Source: an uncultured Chloroflexia bacterium (GTDB lineage Bacteria; Chloroflexota; Limnocylindria; Limnocylindrales; CSP1-4). From it: DNA of 64,000 bases. A program made the position numbers and the translations under genes. The DNA lies in the NCBI GenBank assembly GCA_963783135.1, contig CAWAMH010000006.1, forward strand, positions 21,792 to 85,791. The letters are read 5' to 3'. Positions 9,427-20,447 of this stretch are shown in pieces. The stretch's first letter is position 1. Each line of letters starts with the position of its first letter. The notes below the pieces were generated by a model. It searched no databases, was not told the origin of the DNA, and was given only the letters and a program-made list of their open reading frames with translations.

Positions 9427-11647
9427 GTGGACTGGTACGCTGCGCCGGTGCGTCCGACGTCGCCGCTCGGTCTGCGTCCTGCTCGAGGCCTGATCGGTCT
9501 GACGTTGGTCGTCGCCCTGCTCGCAGGCTGCGGCACGAGCCCGGGCTTCACGCTCCTCCCCGGCCAGCTGCCCGCGCCGTCCGCGTCGGGCGCCCCCGGC
9601 TCGACGGCTCCCGGGGCATCCCCTTCGGCACCGGCCGCGTCGGCCTCAGCACCGGCCGCGTCGGCACCGGCCGCCTCCGCCGAGCCCAGCCCGTCGGCCG
9701 CCGGTTCGCCCGGCGCCTCGGGAGCGCCGGCCCCGTCGGGTTCGCCCGCCCCGTCATCGTCGCCCGGCGCGACCGGACAGACCTGGAAGTTCGTGAAGTC
9801 CGAGCCGTGCCCGAAGAGCCGGTTCACCTGCGTGACATTGTCGGTCCCACGCGACCACGCGAACCCGACCGGACCGATGTGGGACGTCGTCGTTCGCGAT
9901 CCAGCGGGCGTCCGGGGTGAAGCGCGGGACGTTCGTGACGATCACCGGCGGCCCGGGCTACGCGGGGGTCTCGGCGGCCGACGACTACGCCGACTACTGG
10001 GACCCGGGCATCGCCGAGCACTACGACATCGTGTTCGCCGACCAGCGCGGGACCGGGATGTCGCACACGATCACCTGTCCGGCCGCGACCTCGACCTACT
10101 ACGGCACCGACGCGGATCCCAAGGTCTCCGCCGACGCCGCTGCGGTCCGGGCGGCAGCGTCGACGTACGTCACCGACTGCATCGCCGAGGCGAAGGCCGA
10201 CCCGGCCGACCTGCCGTACTACGCCACCTCGCAGGCCATCGACGATCTCGAGGCGTTCCGTGAATACCTCGACGCGGACAAGCTCCAGCTGTACGGCGAG
10301 AGCTACGGCACCCAGTTCGTCCAGACGTACGCCGCGAAGTATCCCGAGCACATCGACTCGCTGTTCATCGACGGGCCGGTCGATCTCGTCCCGGACGGGA
10401 TCGACTACTACACCGAGGCCGCGCGCGCCTGGGATGACGTCCTGGTGTCGACCACGGCGGCATGCCTGGCCGACGCGGCCTGCAAGGCCGACACGGCCTG
10501 CGTTCTGCCTTCGGCGCTATCGGAACGCTGCGAACGCGACCCGATGGCGGCCTACGACAACCTCATCAAGAAGCTCAAGGCCGGCCCGATCATGGTCCGC
10601 TTCCCGCTCGCCGATGGGACGTTCACCGACCGACCGCTGGCCAAGACCGACGTCGAGACGACGGCCGTCAGCTACGGCTACGGCCCGTTCGGACGGTCCC
10701 AGTTCCTGCGTGCGCTGACGGCGGCGTCGAATGGCGACTACGTGCCGATGCTGCGGGCCTACTACGACTCGATCGTGGTCGACCCCGAGACGCTCAAGAC
10801 GATCCCCGACCCGACCTACAGCGACGCGATGTACTACGCGACCGAGTGCCAGGACTACGCCTTCTTCCTCGGCCAGGGCGACGGGGACGCCCGGGCGAAC
10901 GCCTGGCTGGCGGAGGGCGCGAAGACGGGGATCAACGACCTGCGTCTCGGCGGGACGTACTACGGCGACATGCCGTGCGTCTACTGGCCGGCTCAACCGA
11001 AGACGGATCCCCGCCCGACCGCGATCCTGGACACACCGTACCCGACGTTCATCATGACGGCGACGAGCGACCCGGCGACCCCGATCGCCAACGCGATGCG
11101 GCTCTATGGCCGTCTGAACGACGCCTACTTCATCGAGGCGCTCGGCGGCGACCACGTGATCTTCGGTCGTGGCGATGACTGTCCGGACAAGATGATCACC
11201 GCCTACCTCGTGTCCGGGACGCTCCCGTCGACCCGGGTGACGACCTGCCCGAACGACTACGTCGACGAGTACGTCGCGAACGCGCGACCCCGCGCCGGCG
11301 ACTACCGTGACGCCCTCGCCCTGATGGCCGACATGGAAGCCCAGATCAGCAACACCGACGACTACAACTACCGCCTCGACGAGGACCCGATCACGATGGG
11401 CTGCTACCTCGGCGGATCGCTCAAGTACGAGCCGGTCGACGGCGGCACGAAGCTGACCCTGAACGATTGCGCGTTCACCCGTGGCGCGCCGATGACCGGC
11501 ACCGGCAACATCAACGACGACGCCGGCACCTTCCGCCTCGATGTCCGGCTCGGGCCTGGGAGTCGTCTGCGGTACTTCGACAACGCCGACGGGGTCAAGT
11601 CGGTCAAGGGGACGTACCGCGGCAAGCAGGTCGACCTCAAGCGCTGA
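9427..11647 (+). CDS. Lipoprotein alpha/beta-hydrolase of the S33 tripeptidyl-aminopeptidase type. Lipobox LLAGC plus an Ala/Pro/Ser linker. Apparent frameshift near 9905.
   Basis: ORF 9427 supplies the signal/lipobox and linker. ORF 9917..11647 supplies VTITGGPGYAGV, the GESYGTQF nucleophile elbow and the C-terminal GGDH motif. The two parts lie in different frames but are contiguous in sequence. Confidence 0.7.
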
Positions 11648-11738
11648 CCTCCCGCGCATCGCGTGCGTCGGGTGCGTCGGGGCACCGGTTTCGGGCCGGG
11701 CCACCGGTAGGTCTCTCGCCGAAGCGGCACGCTGGGTC

Positions 11739-11744
11739 TAGAGT
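11739..11744 (+). promoter_or_regulatory. -10-like TAGAGT followed by the palindrome GGCGGACATCCGCC, upstream of the DUF5666 gene
   Basis: The 15-mer TAGAGTGGGCGGACA is shared with the guaA upstream region, where it reads TAGACTGGGCGGACA at 12775. Confidence 0.3.
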
Positions 11745-11771
11745 GGGCGGACATCCGCCTCGGAGATCCCC

Positions 11772-12746
11772 GTGCCCGCTGACGAACTCGATCGAACCCC
11801 GCATCGCCGGACCCGCGACCTCATCCGTGTCGCGGCGGTCGTCGTCGCCGGTCTGGCCCTGATCCTCAGCGCCGTCGTCGCGCTCGGCGCGTCGCCGGTC
11901 CCCGCGACCGACCAGCCCGCAGCGAGCGCCAAGATCGAGGCCAAGCCGGGCACGACGGACCGTCAGGGCTCCAAGCTGCCGAGCGGCCTCCGTGGCTTCA
12001 TCGGTCTCTTCAAGAACGGTGAGCGGGCCCTTGGCGGCTTCGGTGGCGCGGCCGGGATCGGCTACCGCGGGATCACGATCACGAAGGTCGACGGCTCGAC
12101 GCTCGAGCTCAAGACCGACGACGGCTGGACCCGGACGATCACGGTCACCCCCGACACCAAGATCAGCAAGGACGGCGAGACCGCCAAGGTCGGCGACCTG
12201 AAGGCCGGCGACAAGATCTCGCTGCGCCAGAAGCGGAACGACGACGGGACCTACGCCATCGTCGCGATCGTCGTGCCCGTCCCGGTCGTTGCCGGGACCG
12301 TCACCGCGGTCGACGGCGACAGCATCACGGTCAAGACGCGCGACGGCTCGCCCGCGACGATCGGCCTGACCGGGACCACCACCTTCAAGCTCGGCCGCGC
12401 CGACGGCAAGAAGACCGACGTCAAGGTCGGGTCGGTCGTGGTCGCGTCCGGCACGAAGGCGGCGAACGGCGACTTCAGCGCGAAGACCGTCCGCATCCAG
12501 GTCCGGCTCTCCCGGGTCGGTGGCGAGGTCACGGCCAAGACCAAGGACTCGATCACGGTCAAGCAGCGCGATGGCAAGAGCGTGACGGTCAAGGTCGGTT
12601 CCGACACGAAGTTCGCGCTCCGTGGCGACACGACGCCCGCCCTGGCCGATATCGCCGTCGGGATGCGGGTGCTGGCGTACGGCACGCTCGGAACCGACGG
12701 CAGCCTGGACGCCAGCTTCGTCGCGGCGGGCAAGGCCAAGCCGTAA
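11772..12746 (+). CDS. Membrane-anchored DUF5666 repeat protein
   Basis: N-terminal TM helix. Repeated beta-rich modules ([17 protein letters not shown]..., [28 protein letters not shown]...) are typical of DUF5666. Confidence 0.55.
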   Translation: MPADELDRTPHRRTRDLIRVAAVVVAGLALILSAVVALGASPVPATDQPAASAKIEAKPGTTDRQGSKLPSGLRGFIGLFKNGERALGGFGGAAGIGYRGITITKVDGSTLELKTDDGWTRTITVTPDTKISKDGETAKVGDLKAGDKISLRQKRNDDGTYAIVAIVVPVPVVAGTVTAVDGDSITVKTRDGSPATIGLTGTTTFKLGRADGKKTDVKVGSVVVASGTKAANGDFSAKTVRIQVRLSRVGGEVTAKTKDSITVKQRDGKSVTVKVGSDTKFALRGDTTPALADIAVGMRVLAYGTLGTDGSLDASFVAAGKAKP

Positions 12747-12774
12747 CCGTCCGCCGTCCGCTCGCCGGCCCGGG

Positions 12775-12780
12775 TAGACT
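12775..12780 (+). promoter_or_regulatory. -10-like TAGACT, flanked by the inverted repeat GTCCGCC...GGCGGAC, upstream of guaA
   Basis: TAGACTGGGCGGACA is followed by a GGGAGGGG ribosome-binding site and a TTG start at 12803. Confidence 0.3.
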
Positions 12781-12802
12781 GGGCGGACAGCGGGAGGGGC
12801 GA

Positions 12803-14650
12803 TTGAGCGACGCGGAGACCATCGACCGGGCCGGCTCGGCGACGACGCCGGCCGATCCGACGGCAGCCCAGCAGCCGGCCTCGAGCCGAGCGCCCGCGCC
12901 GCCCGACCTCCACGAAGCACCGCCGAAACCCCGCCGCGGCAAGACCGTCCACGGCGAGCCCGCCAACGCCGGCCATCGGGTCCTGGCGCCCGACGACGCC
13001 GAGGTCGAGGCCTACCTCGAGACGGCACTCCATGCCCCGGCCCCGGACCGCTCCCGCGGGGACCGGCCCGGGATCGAGACCACGACCGAGCCCGACACGG
13101 TCATCGTCCTCGACTTCGGCAGCCAGTTCGCCCAGCTCATCGCCCGCCGCGTCCGCGAGCTGAACGTCTACTCCGAGCTCCTGCCGCACGATACGCCGTG
13201 GCCCGAGATCGAACGGCGCCGGCCGAAGGCGATCATCCTGTCGGGCGGCCCGAACTCGGTCTACGACGCCGACGCCCCGCGGCCCGATGCGAAGGTCTGG
13301 AGTGGCCGGGTCCCGGTCCTCGGGATCTGCTACGGGGCCCAGCTCATGGCCCACGAGCTCGGCGGCGACGTGCTCCCGGCCGCGAAGCGCGAGTACGGGC
13401 CTGCCACGGTGACATTCACGTCGGACGACGGGTTGTTCAACGGACTCGATCGCGATCAGCCGGTCTGGATGAGCCACGGTGACTCGATCTCCCGACTGCC
13501 GGACGGATTCCGGCCGACCGCCCAGACCGACTCGACCCCGTTCGCCGGTCTCGTCGACCCGAGCCGCAAGTTGTACGGCATCCAGTTCCACCCAGAGGTC
13601 GCCCACACCCCGCGCGGGAAGGACGTCCTCCGCAACTTCGTGCTCGGCATCGCTGGCGCACGCCCGACCTGGACGCCAGCCAACTTCATCGAGTCGACCG
13701 TGGCCGAGATCCGGGCCCGGGTCGACCGCCACGCCAGCGATGTGTCGTCGGATGGTCTGGTGATCTGCGCCCTGAGCGGCGGGGTCGACTCGGCGGTCGC
13801 CGCGGCGCTCGTCCACCGGGCCGTCGGCGACCGGCTCACCTGTATCTACGTCGACCACGGGCTCATGCGCAAGAAGGAGTCGGAGCTCCTCCGCGCCACG
13901 TTCGAGCAGAACCTCGGGATGCGCCTCGTGATGGTCGACGCCCGCGAGCGGTTCCTCGCCCGGCTCGCCGGCGTCGTCGACCCCGAGCAGAAGCGGAAGA
14001 TCATCGGCGACGAGTTCATCCGCGTCTTCGAGGAGGAGTCGGTCAAGCTCGGACGGATCGACTTCCTGACCCAGGGCACGCTCTACCCCGACGTCATCGA
14101 GAGCGCCACCTCCGAGACGAAGGCGGCGCAGAAGATCAAGACCCACCACAACGTGGGCGGGCTGCCGGCCGATCTGCGGTTCAAGCTCATCGAACCGCTC
14201 CGCTATCTGTTCAAGGACGAGGTCCGGGCGGTCGGTGCCGAGCTGGGACTGCCCGAGGCCATGGTCCAGCGCCAGCCGTTCCCCGGACCCGGCCTGGCGA
14301 TCCGGATCATCGGCGAGGTCACCGCCGAGCGGCTCGACACGCTGCGCGAGGCCGACTGGATCGTCATCGACGAGATCAAGGCGGCGGGGCTGTACCGCAG
14401 CGTCTGGCAGTCGTTCGCGATCCTGACCCCGGTGCGGTCGGTCGGGGTGATGGGCGACGGCCGGACGTACGCCAACGTCGTCGCGATCCGGGCCGTCACG
14501 AGCGATGACGGGATGACGGCGGATTGGGCGAAGCTCCCATACGACGTCCTCGGCCGGATCTCGAGTCGGATCGTCAACGAGGTCCCGGGCGTCAATCGAG
14601 TCGTCTACGACATCAGCTCGAAGCCACCGGCCACGATCGAGTGGGAGTGA
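12803..14650 (+). CDS. guaA: GMP synthase (glutamine-hydrolysing), with an N-terminal extension of about 90 aa
   Basis: GATase domain ([30 protein letters not shown]). ATP-PPase P-loop (SGGVDSAV) and the C-terminal dimerisation domain are conserved throughout. Confidence 0.9.
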   Translation: MSDAETIDRAGSATTPADPTAAQQPASSRAPAPPDLHEAPPKPRRGKTVHGEPANAGHRVLAPDDAEVEAYLETALHAPAPDRSRGDRPGIETTTEPDTVIVLDFGSQFAQLIARRVRELNVYSELLPHDTPWPEIERRRPKAIILSGGPNSVYDADAPRPDAKVWSGRVPVLGICYGAQLMAHELGGDVLPAAKREYGPATVTFTSDDGLFNGLDRDQPVWMSHGDSISRLPDGFRPTAQTDSTPFAGLVDPSRKLYGIQFHPEVAHTPRGKDVLRNFVLGIAGARPTWTPANFIESTVAEIRARVDRHASDVSSDGLVICALSGGVDSAVAAALVHRAVGDRLTCIYVDHGLMRKKESELLRATFEQNLGMRLVMVDARERFLARLAGVVDPEQKRKIIGDEFIRVFEEESVKLGRIDFLTQGTLYPDVIESATSETKAAQKIKTHHNVGGLPADLRFKLIEPLRYLFKDEVRAVGAELGLPEAMVQRQPFPGPGLAIRIIGEVTAERLDTLREADWIVIDEIKAAGLYRSVWQSFAILTPVRSVGVMGDGRTYANVVAIRAVTSDDGMTADWAKLPYDVLGRISSRIVNEVPGVNRVVYDISSKPPATIEWE

Positions 14651-14733
14651 CCGAAGCGCGCCCGGGTCGGCTCGTCGGCCCGTAGGACCTTCGGGGGGTC
14701 CAATCGTCGCCGGGAGGCGGTAGAGTTTCGGCG

Positions 14734-15513
14734 ATGGTCGATCCGAACACCGAAGACGCGACGACATCCGTGCCCCGTTGCCCATGGTGCTCCACCGAGC
14801 TGCCCGTGGGCGACGCGCGGACCTGCCCGTCCTGCCATGCGAATCTTGCCGGTGAGGCGGAGGCCCCCGTCCCGGGCCTGACCGCGCTCGACCTCGAGCG
14901 TCTCGCGTTCCGGCGCTCGACGACGCCGAAGAAGAGCCGGATCCTGTCCTGGATCAGCGGCGACAGCGACTACGAGGACGCCACGGATCCGCTCCCGCCG
15001 CCCGGTTCGCTCGACCTGCCCCCGTTCGAGGTCCGGCGCGAGATGCTCCGGCTCGAGATGGACGCCCTCATCGCCGATCTGACCGCCGAGGCCGGGGCAC
15101 TCGCCTCCGACGAAGCCGACGCGAACGGGACCGATCCCGTGGCTGCCGCAGCCGCGCTCCAGGCCGAGATCGATGCCGTGCGCCGGGCCGAGGCGGTCCA
15201 TGCCGCGGCGGGCTTCGCCGAGGAGGTCTCGGTCGTCGATCCGGACGCCCCGCCGGCTGGTCCCGAGACGCTGACCGCGGTCCTTGCCGTCGACGACCCG
15301 TCCGCCCATGACCACGTGCTCACGGCGACCGGTCTCACCGACGTCGACGTCGCTGCTCCGGCTGAGACCGATGTCGCGGCGGCCGACGGGGCATCTCCCG
15401 CGACGACCGCCGACGCGGCTGTGGTCGCGACGGACGGAGATCCCGATGCGGTCCCGTCGCCTGAGCCCGCCGCTCCCGCTCCCCGGTCGCGTCGGTTCCG
15501 CCGCTCGCGCTGA
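14734..15513 (+). CDS. Acidic zinc-ribbon (CPWC...CPSC) protein of unknown function
   Basis: N-terminal C-x2-C...C-x2-C motif, then a long Asp/Ala-rich region. A TAGAGT -10 element lies 7 nt upstream of the ATG. Confidence 0.45.
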   Translation: MVDPNTEDATTSVPRCPWCSTELPVGDARTCPSCHANLAGEAEAPVPGLTALDLERLAFRRSTTPKKSRILSWISGDSDYEDATDPLPPPGSLDLPPFEVRREMLRLEMDALIADLTAEAGALASDEADANGTDPVAAAAALQAEIDAVRRAEAVHAAAGFAEEVSVVDPDAPPAGPETLTAVLAVDDPSAHDHVLTATGLTDVDVAAPAETDVAAADGASPATTADAAVVATDGDPDAVPSPEPAAPAPRSRRFRRSR

Positions 15514-15582
15514 TCGCGCAGCGGATCCCCGGCCACCGGCCGCTGGTCCGCCGGCTACCGTCTTGCGGCTATCCTCGGGCGC

Positions 15583-16041
15583 ATGCCCCAGCAGCTGAGC
15601 CCGCCTGGCCCGTCGTATCTGCGCGAACACGAGGTCCGGATCGGCGACCGCCGGCTGCGTGCGGGGATGAGCCGGCCGACGACGCTCGACGACGGGTGGT
15701 GGCTCGCCATCCTGTGGGTCGCCGACGACACCGGCGTCGTCAGCTTCCGCGACGTCGCGCCGCCGGCCGGTCCGCCACCGGATCCACCCCTCGGCCGGCT
15801 GGGCCCGTCCTTGTCCGGGGCGTTGTCCGGGTTCATCCTCGAAGAGGATGGTCGGTTGTCGATCCGACTCGCCCAGGTCGCCCAGCCGGACGACCCGCTC
15901 CGTCCGTGGCTGTCGCCGGTGGCGATCCGCGCGGCCTTCCGCTGGGAGCCGATGCGCGCCGCGGCGATGTCGCCGGCCGAGCTGGCGGAGACCGTCCTGG
16001 CGGCGTTCCGGAGATCGATCGAGAGCCTCGCTCGACCCTGA
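15583..16041 (+). CDS. Hypothetical protein
   Basis: ORF positioned between neighbouring genes and co-oriented with them. No recognisable domain. Confidence 0.35.
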   Translation: MPQQLSPPGPSYLREHEVRIGDRRLRAGMSRPTTLDDGWWLAILWVADDTGVVSFRDVAPPAGPPPDPPLGRLGPSLSGALSGFILEEDGRLSIRLAQVAQPDDPLRPWLSPVAIRAAFRWEPMRAAAMSPAELAETVLAAFRRSIESLARP

Positions 16042-16124
16042 CCGTCGGCGCGGGCGACCGGTGGCGTCGGCACTGGGCGGCCCCGGCGGCCTTTGCCGGG
16101 CGCGCGGGGTAGACTCCGGGCCAC

Positions 16125-19100
16125 GTGAAGAACATGTTCGACGACTTCATGGAAGAGCTGCGCCGGCGCCAGGAGGCGCTGGCCGCCGGCCGCGACCCCG
16201 ACGTACCGGATCCCGATGCTCGCCGGGCCGTCGACGACGCGGCCGAGCACGCGACCGACGAGGACGACGAGCCGCGGGCCGACACGGACGACGACGACGA
16301 CGCTGTCGACGCCGACGCCGACGAGACCGACGACGACCGGGAACCGCAGCCGGTGCCGCTCCGACCGGGCTCCGGCGGGCAGCGACGGCCACCGGGCCGG
16401 CGGCCGGCCAAGGTCGGCGGCCCGGACGACGGCGCGCCACGGACCCGGGATCGGGCGCGCGGGATCGTCGTCGCCCTGGTGATCCTGGCGATCGTCGTCT
16501 TCTTCACGCTGGCCGGGTTCATCCTCGACCTCGTCACCGACGCGATCTGGTTCAAGAGCGTGGGCTACGACGGCGTCTTCTTCATCCGGATCGCCACCCA
16601 GGCGGCCCTGTTCGTCGGCGTCTTCATCGCGGTCCTGACGTTCCTCGGCTTCAACGTCTGGCTGGCCGGCCGACTGGCCCCTCCGCCCGACCCCGAGCGG
16701 GCAGGCCGCGTCGGCGAGCTCGCCGCCCGGCTCGGCGAGGCGTTCGGGGTCGACGACAGCGGCATCCGCGGCGGCGGTCGGACGAACTTCGCGGGGGCTG
16801 GGTTCGGGCCGGGTGGGGCCCGGACGATCACGTTCGAGGCGGACGACATGCCCGACCTCGTCCCGATCGCCCGCTGGGGGCTGATCGCCCTGACCGTGTT
16901 CATCGCGCTCGCGACCGCCGCGGCCGCGGCGGGCCAGTGGGAGACGGTCCAGCTCTGGAACAACCAGGTCCCGTTCGCGCCGCCCGGCACGCCGGCCGTG
17001 GTCGATCCGAACTTCGGCCGCGACATCGGCTACTACCTGTTCGAGCTGCCGTTCCTCCGTGAGATCCAGGGCGGCCTCAACGGGCTGCTCATCGCCGCGC
17101 TCGTCCTGAGCTTCGGCCGCTACCTCATCGCCGGTGTGCGCGGCGGGCTCGTGTTCACGACCCAGATGCGCCTCCACCTCGCCGTCCTCGGCGGGCTGTA
17201 CCTGCTGTCTGTCGCCTGGGGCTACCAGCTCGACAAGCTCGAGCTCGTGTACAGCGTCAACCTGCTCGGCACGCAGGGCGGGAACTTCGTGGGGGTCGCC
17301 TACACGGACCAGAACGCCCGGTTCCTCGCGTTCGACGTGCTGACGGCGGTCTCGGCGTTCGCGGCCGCGTTCCTCGTCATCGGGGCGTTCACCCGGGCGA
17401 TGTGGCCGCTCGCCGCCGTGATCATCATCTGGTTCAGCGCCTCGGTCGTCCTCGGGACGGTGTATCCGGGTCTCGTCCAGCGCTTCAGCGTCGACCCCGA
17501 CCAGCTCAACCGCGAGACGCCGTACATCGGCAACAACATCAACATGACCCGCATCGCGTTCGACGTGGGGGACTGGGAGCGGCGCGACTACGGTGGTGAG
17601 GCGCCGCTGACGCCCGAAGCGGTGACCCAGGAGGCGACGACGTTCCAGAACGCGCGCCTGTGGGACTACCGGCCGCTGAAGGATTCGCTCGACCAGCTCC
17701 AGACGGTCCGCCAGTACTACATCTTCACGGACGTCGACACGGACCGCTATGACATCAACGACACCCGGCGCCAGGTGATGCTGTCCGCTCGCGAGCTCGC
17801 ACCTGAGCGCAACCCGCAGGGCGGGACCTGGGTGAACCAGCGGATCACGTTCACCCACGGCATCGGCGTCGCGATGGTCCCGGTCAACGAGGCGACCGAG
17901 ACCGGCCAGCCGCGACTGATCATCCGGGACCTGCCCTCGACCTCGCTGGCCGGTGCGCCGACGATCGCCCAGCCCCGGATCTACTTCGGTGAGCGGCCGA
18001 GCGACTGGATCATCACCGGCGCCCGTCAGGCCGAGTTCGACTACCCGGTCGGCCAGACGACGACGGACGGCCAGCTCGAGCCCGGTCAGGTGACCCGCTG
18101 GAGCGGCAAGACCGGCGTCAAGCTCGACACGACCCTGTCGCGCCTGCTGTTCGCACTCCGCTTCCGCGACCTGAACCTGCTGATCAGCGACCAGGTGACC
18201 GCCGACAGCCAGCTCCTGTTCCACCGTTCGATCGGGGACCGGCTGCCGCGGATCGCGCCGTTCCTGCGCTACGACAAGGATCCGTACATGGTCGTGACCG
18301 CCGACGGTGGGCTCGTCTACATCCAGGACGCGTACACGGTCAGCGACCGATTCCCCGATGCCCAGTGGCTCGACCCGCGTTCGCTGCCCGGAGCCTCCGG
18401 CTTCGGGGGCGACGCGTTCAACTACCTCCGGAACAGCGTCAAGATCGTCATGGACGCGTACACCGGTGACATGTCGTTCTACGTATCCGATCCGGCAGAC
18501 CCGATCGTCCGGACCTACCAGCGGATCTTCCCCGACCTGTTCAAGCCGCTCGATCAGATGCCGGCCGACCTGAAGGCGCACCTGCGCGTGCCGGAGGAGC
18601 TGTTCAACGCCCAGACCCGAACGTACGCCCGCTACCACATCACCGATCCGGCGGCCTTCTACAACAACGAGGACCTGTGGACCGTGCCGCCCGATCCGGG
18701 TGGGACCCAGAGCCTGCCGAACGAGGCCTACTACGTCGAGATGCGTATGCCGGGCGAGCCGGATCCGGAGTTCCTGCTCCTCCAGCCGATGGTCCCGAGC
18801 ACCCGCCCGAACATGATCGCCTGGATCGCCGCCCGGATGGACCCGAACGTCTATGGGACCGTCCGGGTCTACCGCTTCCCGCAGTCCACCTCGGTCCTCG
18901 GTCCGACCCAGATCGAGGCGAAGATCGACGCCGATCCGGTCATCGCGGCCCAGACCACGCTGTGGGACCAATCCGGGAGCACGGTGATCCGGGGCAACCT
19001 CATCGTGGTCCCGGTCCAGGATTCGCTCATCTATCTCCAGCCGGTCTACCTCCAGTCGGCGAACAGCGCATTCCCCGAGTTCCAGCGGATCATCGTTGCC

Positions 19101-19451
19101 ACGCCGCGTCGCATCGTGTGGGGCACGACGCTCACCGAGGCGCTCCAGCTCCTGTTCGCGAGCGAGGGCACGCCGGGTGCTGGGCCATCCCCGAGCCCGA
19201 CACCCGGGCCCGGCGTCAGCCCCACGCCCGGCCCGGTGACGAGCCCGACCCCGAGCCCATCCGGCGGCCCGATCGCGAGTCCGCCCGGCGGCGACGTCGC
19301 CGCGCTCATCGCCTACGCGAACGAGCACTTCGACAAGGCCCAGACGGCGCTGCGCAACGGCGACTTCGCGACCTATGGGACCGAGATGGCGCTGGTCCAG
19401 GACGCGCTCCGACAGCTCGACGCGCTGGTCAAGACCAGCCCGGCGCCGTGA
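16125..19451 (+). CDS. UPF0182-family large membrane protein
   Basis: GTG start 9 nt after a TAGACT -10 element. The acidic N-terminus, the TM cluster FTLAGFILDLVTDAIWFKSVGYDGVFFIRIATQAALFV and the roughly 1100-aa length match the actinobacterial UPF0182 family. Confidence 0.8.
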   Translation: MKNMFDDFMEELRRRQEALAAGRDPDVPDPDARRAVDDAAEHATDEDDEPRADTDDDDDAVDADADETDDDREPQPVPLRPGSGGQRRPPGRRPAKVGGPDDGAPRTRDRARGIVVALVILAIVVFFTLAGFILDLVTDAIWFKSVGYDGVFFIRIATQAALFVGVFIAVLTFLGFNVWLAGRLAPPPDPERAGRVGELAARLGEAFGVDDSGIRGGGRTNFAGAGFGPGGARTITFEADDMPDLVPIARWGLIALTVFIALATAAAAAGQWETVQLWNNQVPFAPPGTPAVVDPNFGRDIGYYLFELPFLREIQGGLNGLLIAALVLSFGRYLIAGVRGGLVFTTQMRLHLAVLGGLYLLSVAWGYQLDKLELVYSVNLLGTQGGNFVGVAYTDQNARFLAFDVLTAVSAFAAAFLVIGAFTRAMWPLAAVIIIWFSASVVLGTVYPGLVQRFSVDPDQLNRETPYIGNNINMTRIAFDVGDWERRDYGGEAPLTPEAVTQEATTFQNARLWDYRPLKDSLDQLQTVRQYYIFTDVDTDRYDINDTRRQVMLSARELAPERNPQGGTWVNQRITFTHGIGVAMVPVNEATETGQPRLIIRDLPSTSLAGAPTIAQPRIYFGERPSDWIITGARQAEFDYPVGQTTTDGQLEPGQVTRWSGKTGVKLDTTLSRLLFALRFRDLNLLISDQVTADSQLLFHRSIGDRLPRIAPFLRYDKDPYMVVTADGGLVYIQDAYTVSDRFPDAQWLDPRSLPGASGFGGDAFNYLRNSVKIVMDAYTGDMSFYVSDPADPIVRTYQRIFPDLFKPLDQMPADLKAHLRVPEELFNAQTRTYARYHITDPAAFYNNEDLWTVPPDPGGTQSLPNEAYYVEMRMPGEPDPEFLLLQPMVPSTRPNMIAWIAARMDPNVYGTVRVYRFPQSTSVLGPTQIEAKIDADPVIAAQTTLWDQSGSTVIRGNLIVVPVQDSLIYLQPVYLQSANSAFPEFQRIIVATPRRIVWGTTLTEALQLLFASEGTPGAGPSPSPTPGPGVSPTPGPVTSPTPSPSGGPIASPPGGDVAALIAYANEHFDKAQTALRNGDFATYGTEMALVQDALRQLDALVKTSPAP

Positions 19452-19461
19452 CCGCCGGACG

Positions 19462-20397
19462 GTGACCCCGGGCCCGCTCGGCCGAGGAGCGCGGGCAGCG
19501 CTCGAGACGCCGGGCCTGTGGCCGGTCGGGCTCGCCGGGTTCCTGGCCCGTGGGGGGATCCTCCTGTTCGCGCTGCCGATCGTCGCCCTGCCGAGCGTGG
19601 TCGGTCTCACGACGTTCATCGGCCCGAACGCGATCACGGCAGCGGGCCTGGCGCCGCGCCTCGTGGCGCTGATCGGCGCGTCGACCGCCATCCTCATGGT
19701 CTGGATCATCATCGCGACGCTCATCGGCGCGGCGGCGGACCGCCTGCTCATCCGGGCGGTCGTCGTTGGGCGCCCGCGGAGCGACCTCGCATTGCGCGCC
19801 CCCGATCGCGACCTCGCGACACTGTTCGTCATCCGGCTCGTGAGCCTCGTCCCGTTCGCGCTCGGCGTCGCGGTCGGCGGGGCGCGGCTCGGCCAGGTCG
19901 CCTACGACGAACTCGTCCTGCCGACGGACTCGTCCGCACCGCTCGTGGTCCGCATCCTCGCCGGTGCGCCCGAGGTCGTGGCCCTGCTCGTCGTGACCTG
20001 GCTCGCGAGCGAGCTTATCGGGGCGATCGGCGTCCGCCTGGCGATGCGCGACGACCGGTCCGCCATGCGATCGCTGACCGGCGCCCTGGGCTGGACCGTC
20101 CGCCATCCCATCCGTTCGCTCGGGACGCTCGCGGCGACCGTCCTTGTGAGCGTGATCGTCATCGGCCCGCTGATCGGCGTCTCGCTCGCGGCCTGGTCGG
20201 CCGTCCGCGACCTGCTGCTCGGCGGCGTCCGGCCGTCGGTCGGGTTCATCGCAATCGTCCTGTTCGTGGTCGCCTGGCTCGTCGGGCTCCTCGTGGCAGC
20301 CGTGGTCGCGACGTGGCGGAGCGCCGCCTGGAGTCTGGCCGTGGTGGAGGACCATCGGGGGGGTGGTCCGGTCGCACCCGGCGGTGGCACCCTGTAG
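19462..20397 (+). CDS. Polytopic membrane protein of unknown function
   Basis: In-frame GTG after the UPF0182 stop. At least 6 hydrophobic helices. Confidence 0.45.
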   Translation: MTPGPLGRGARAALETPGLWPVGLAGFLARGGILLFALPIVALPSVVGLTTFIGPNAITAAGLAPRLVALIGASTAILMVWIIIATLIGAAADRLLIRAVVVGRPRSDLALRAPDRDLATLFVIRLVSLVPFALGVAVGGARLGQVAYDELVLPTDSSAPLVVRILAGAPEVVALLVVTWLASELIGAIGVRLAMRDDRSAMRSLTGALGWTVRHPIRSLGTLAATVLVSVIVIGPLIGVSLAAWSAVRDLLLGGVRPSVGFIAIVLFVVAWLVGLLVAAVVATWRSAAWSLAVVEDHRGGGPVAPGGGTL

Positions 20398-20447
20398 GCC
20401 GTTCGGCGCCGGCAGGGTCCGGCGCAGGTCTGCGCTGGAGGACATCG

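Noticed and set aside
12251-14785. 844-aa ORF on the minus strand opposite guaA
   Set aside because: Antisense to a gene with unambiguous full-length GuaA homology. Long stop-free antisense frames are expected at about 72% GC. The translated product is low-complexity Arg/Gly/Pro-rich with no recognisable motifs.
15555-19832. 1425-aa minus-strand ORF opposite UPF0182 and the downstream membrane protein
   Set aside because: Same reasoning: an antisense GC artefact with an Arg/Pro/Gly-rich nonsense translation.
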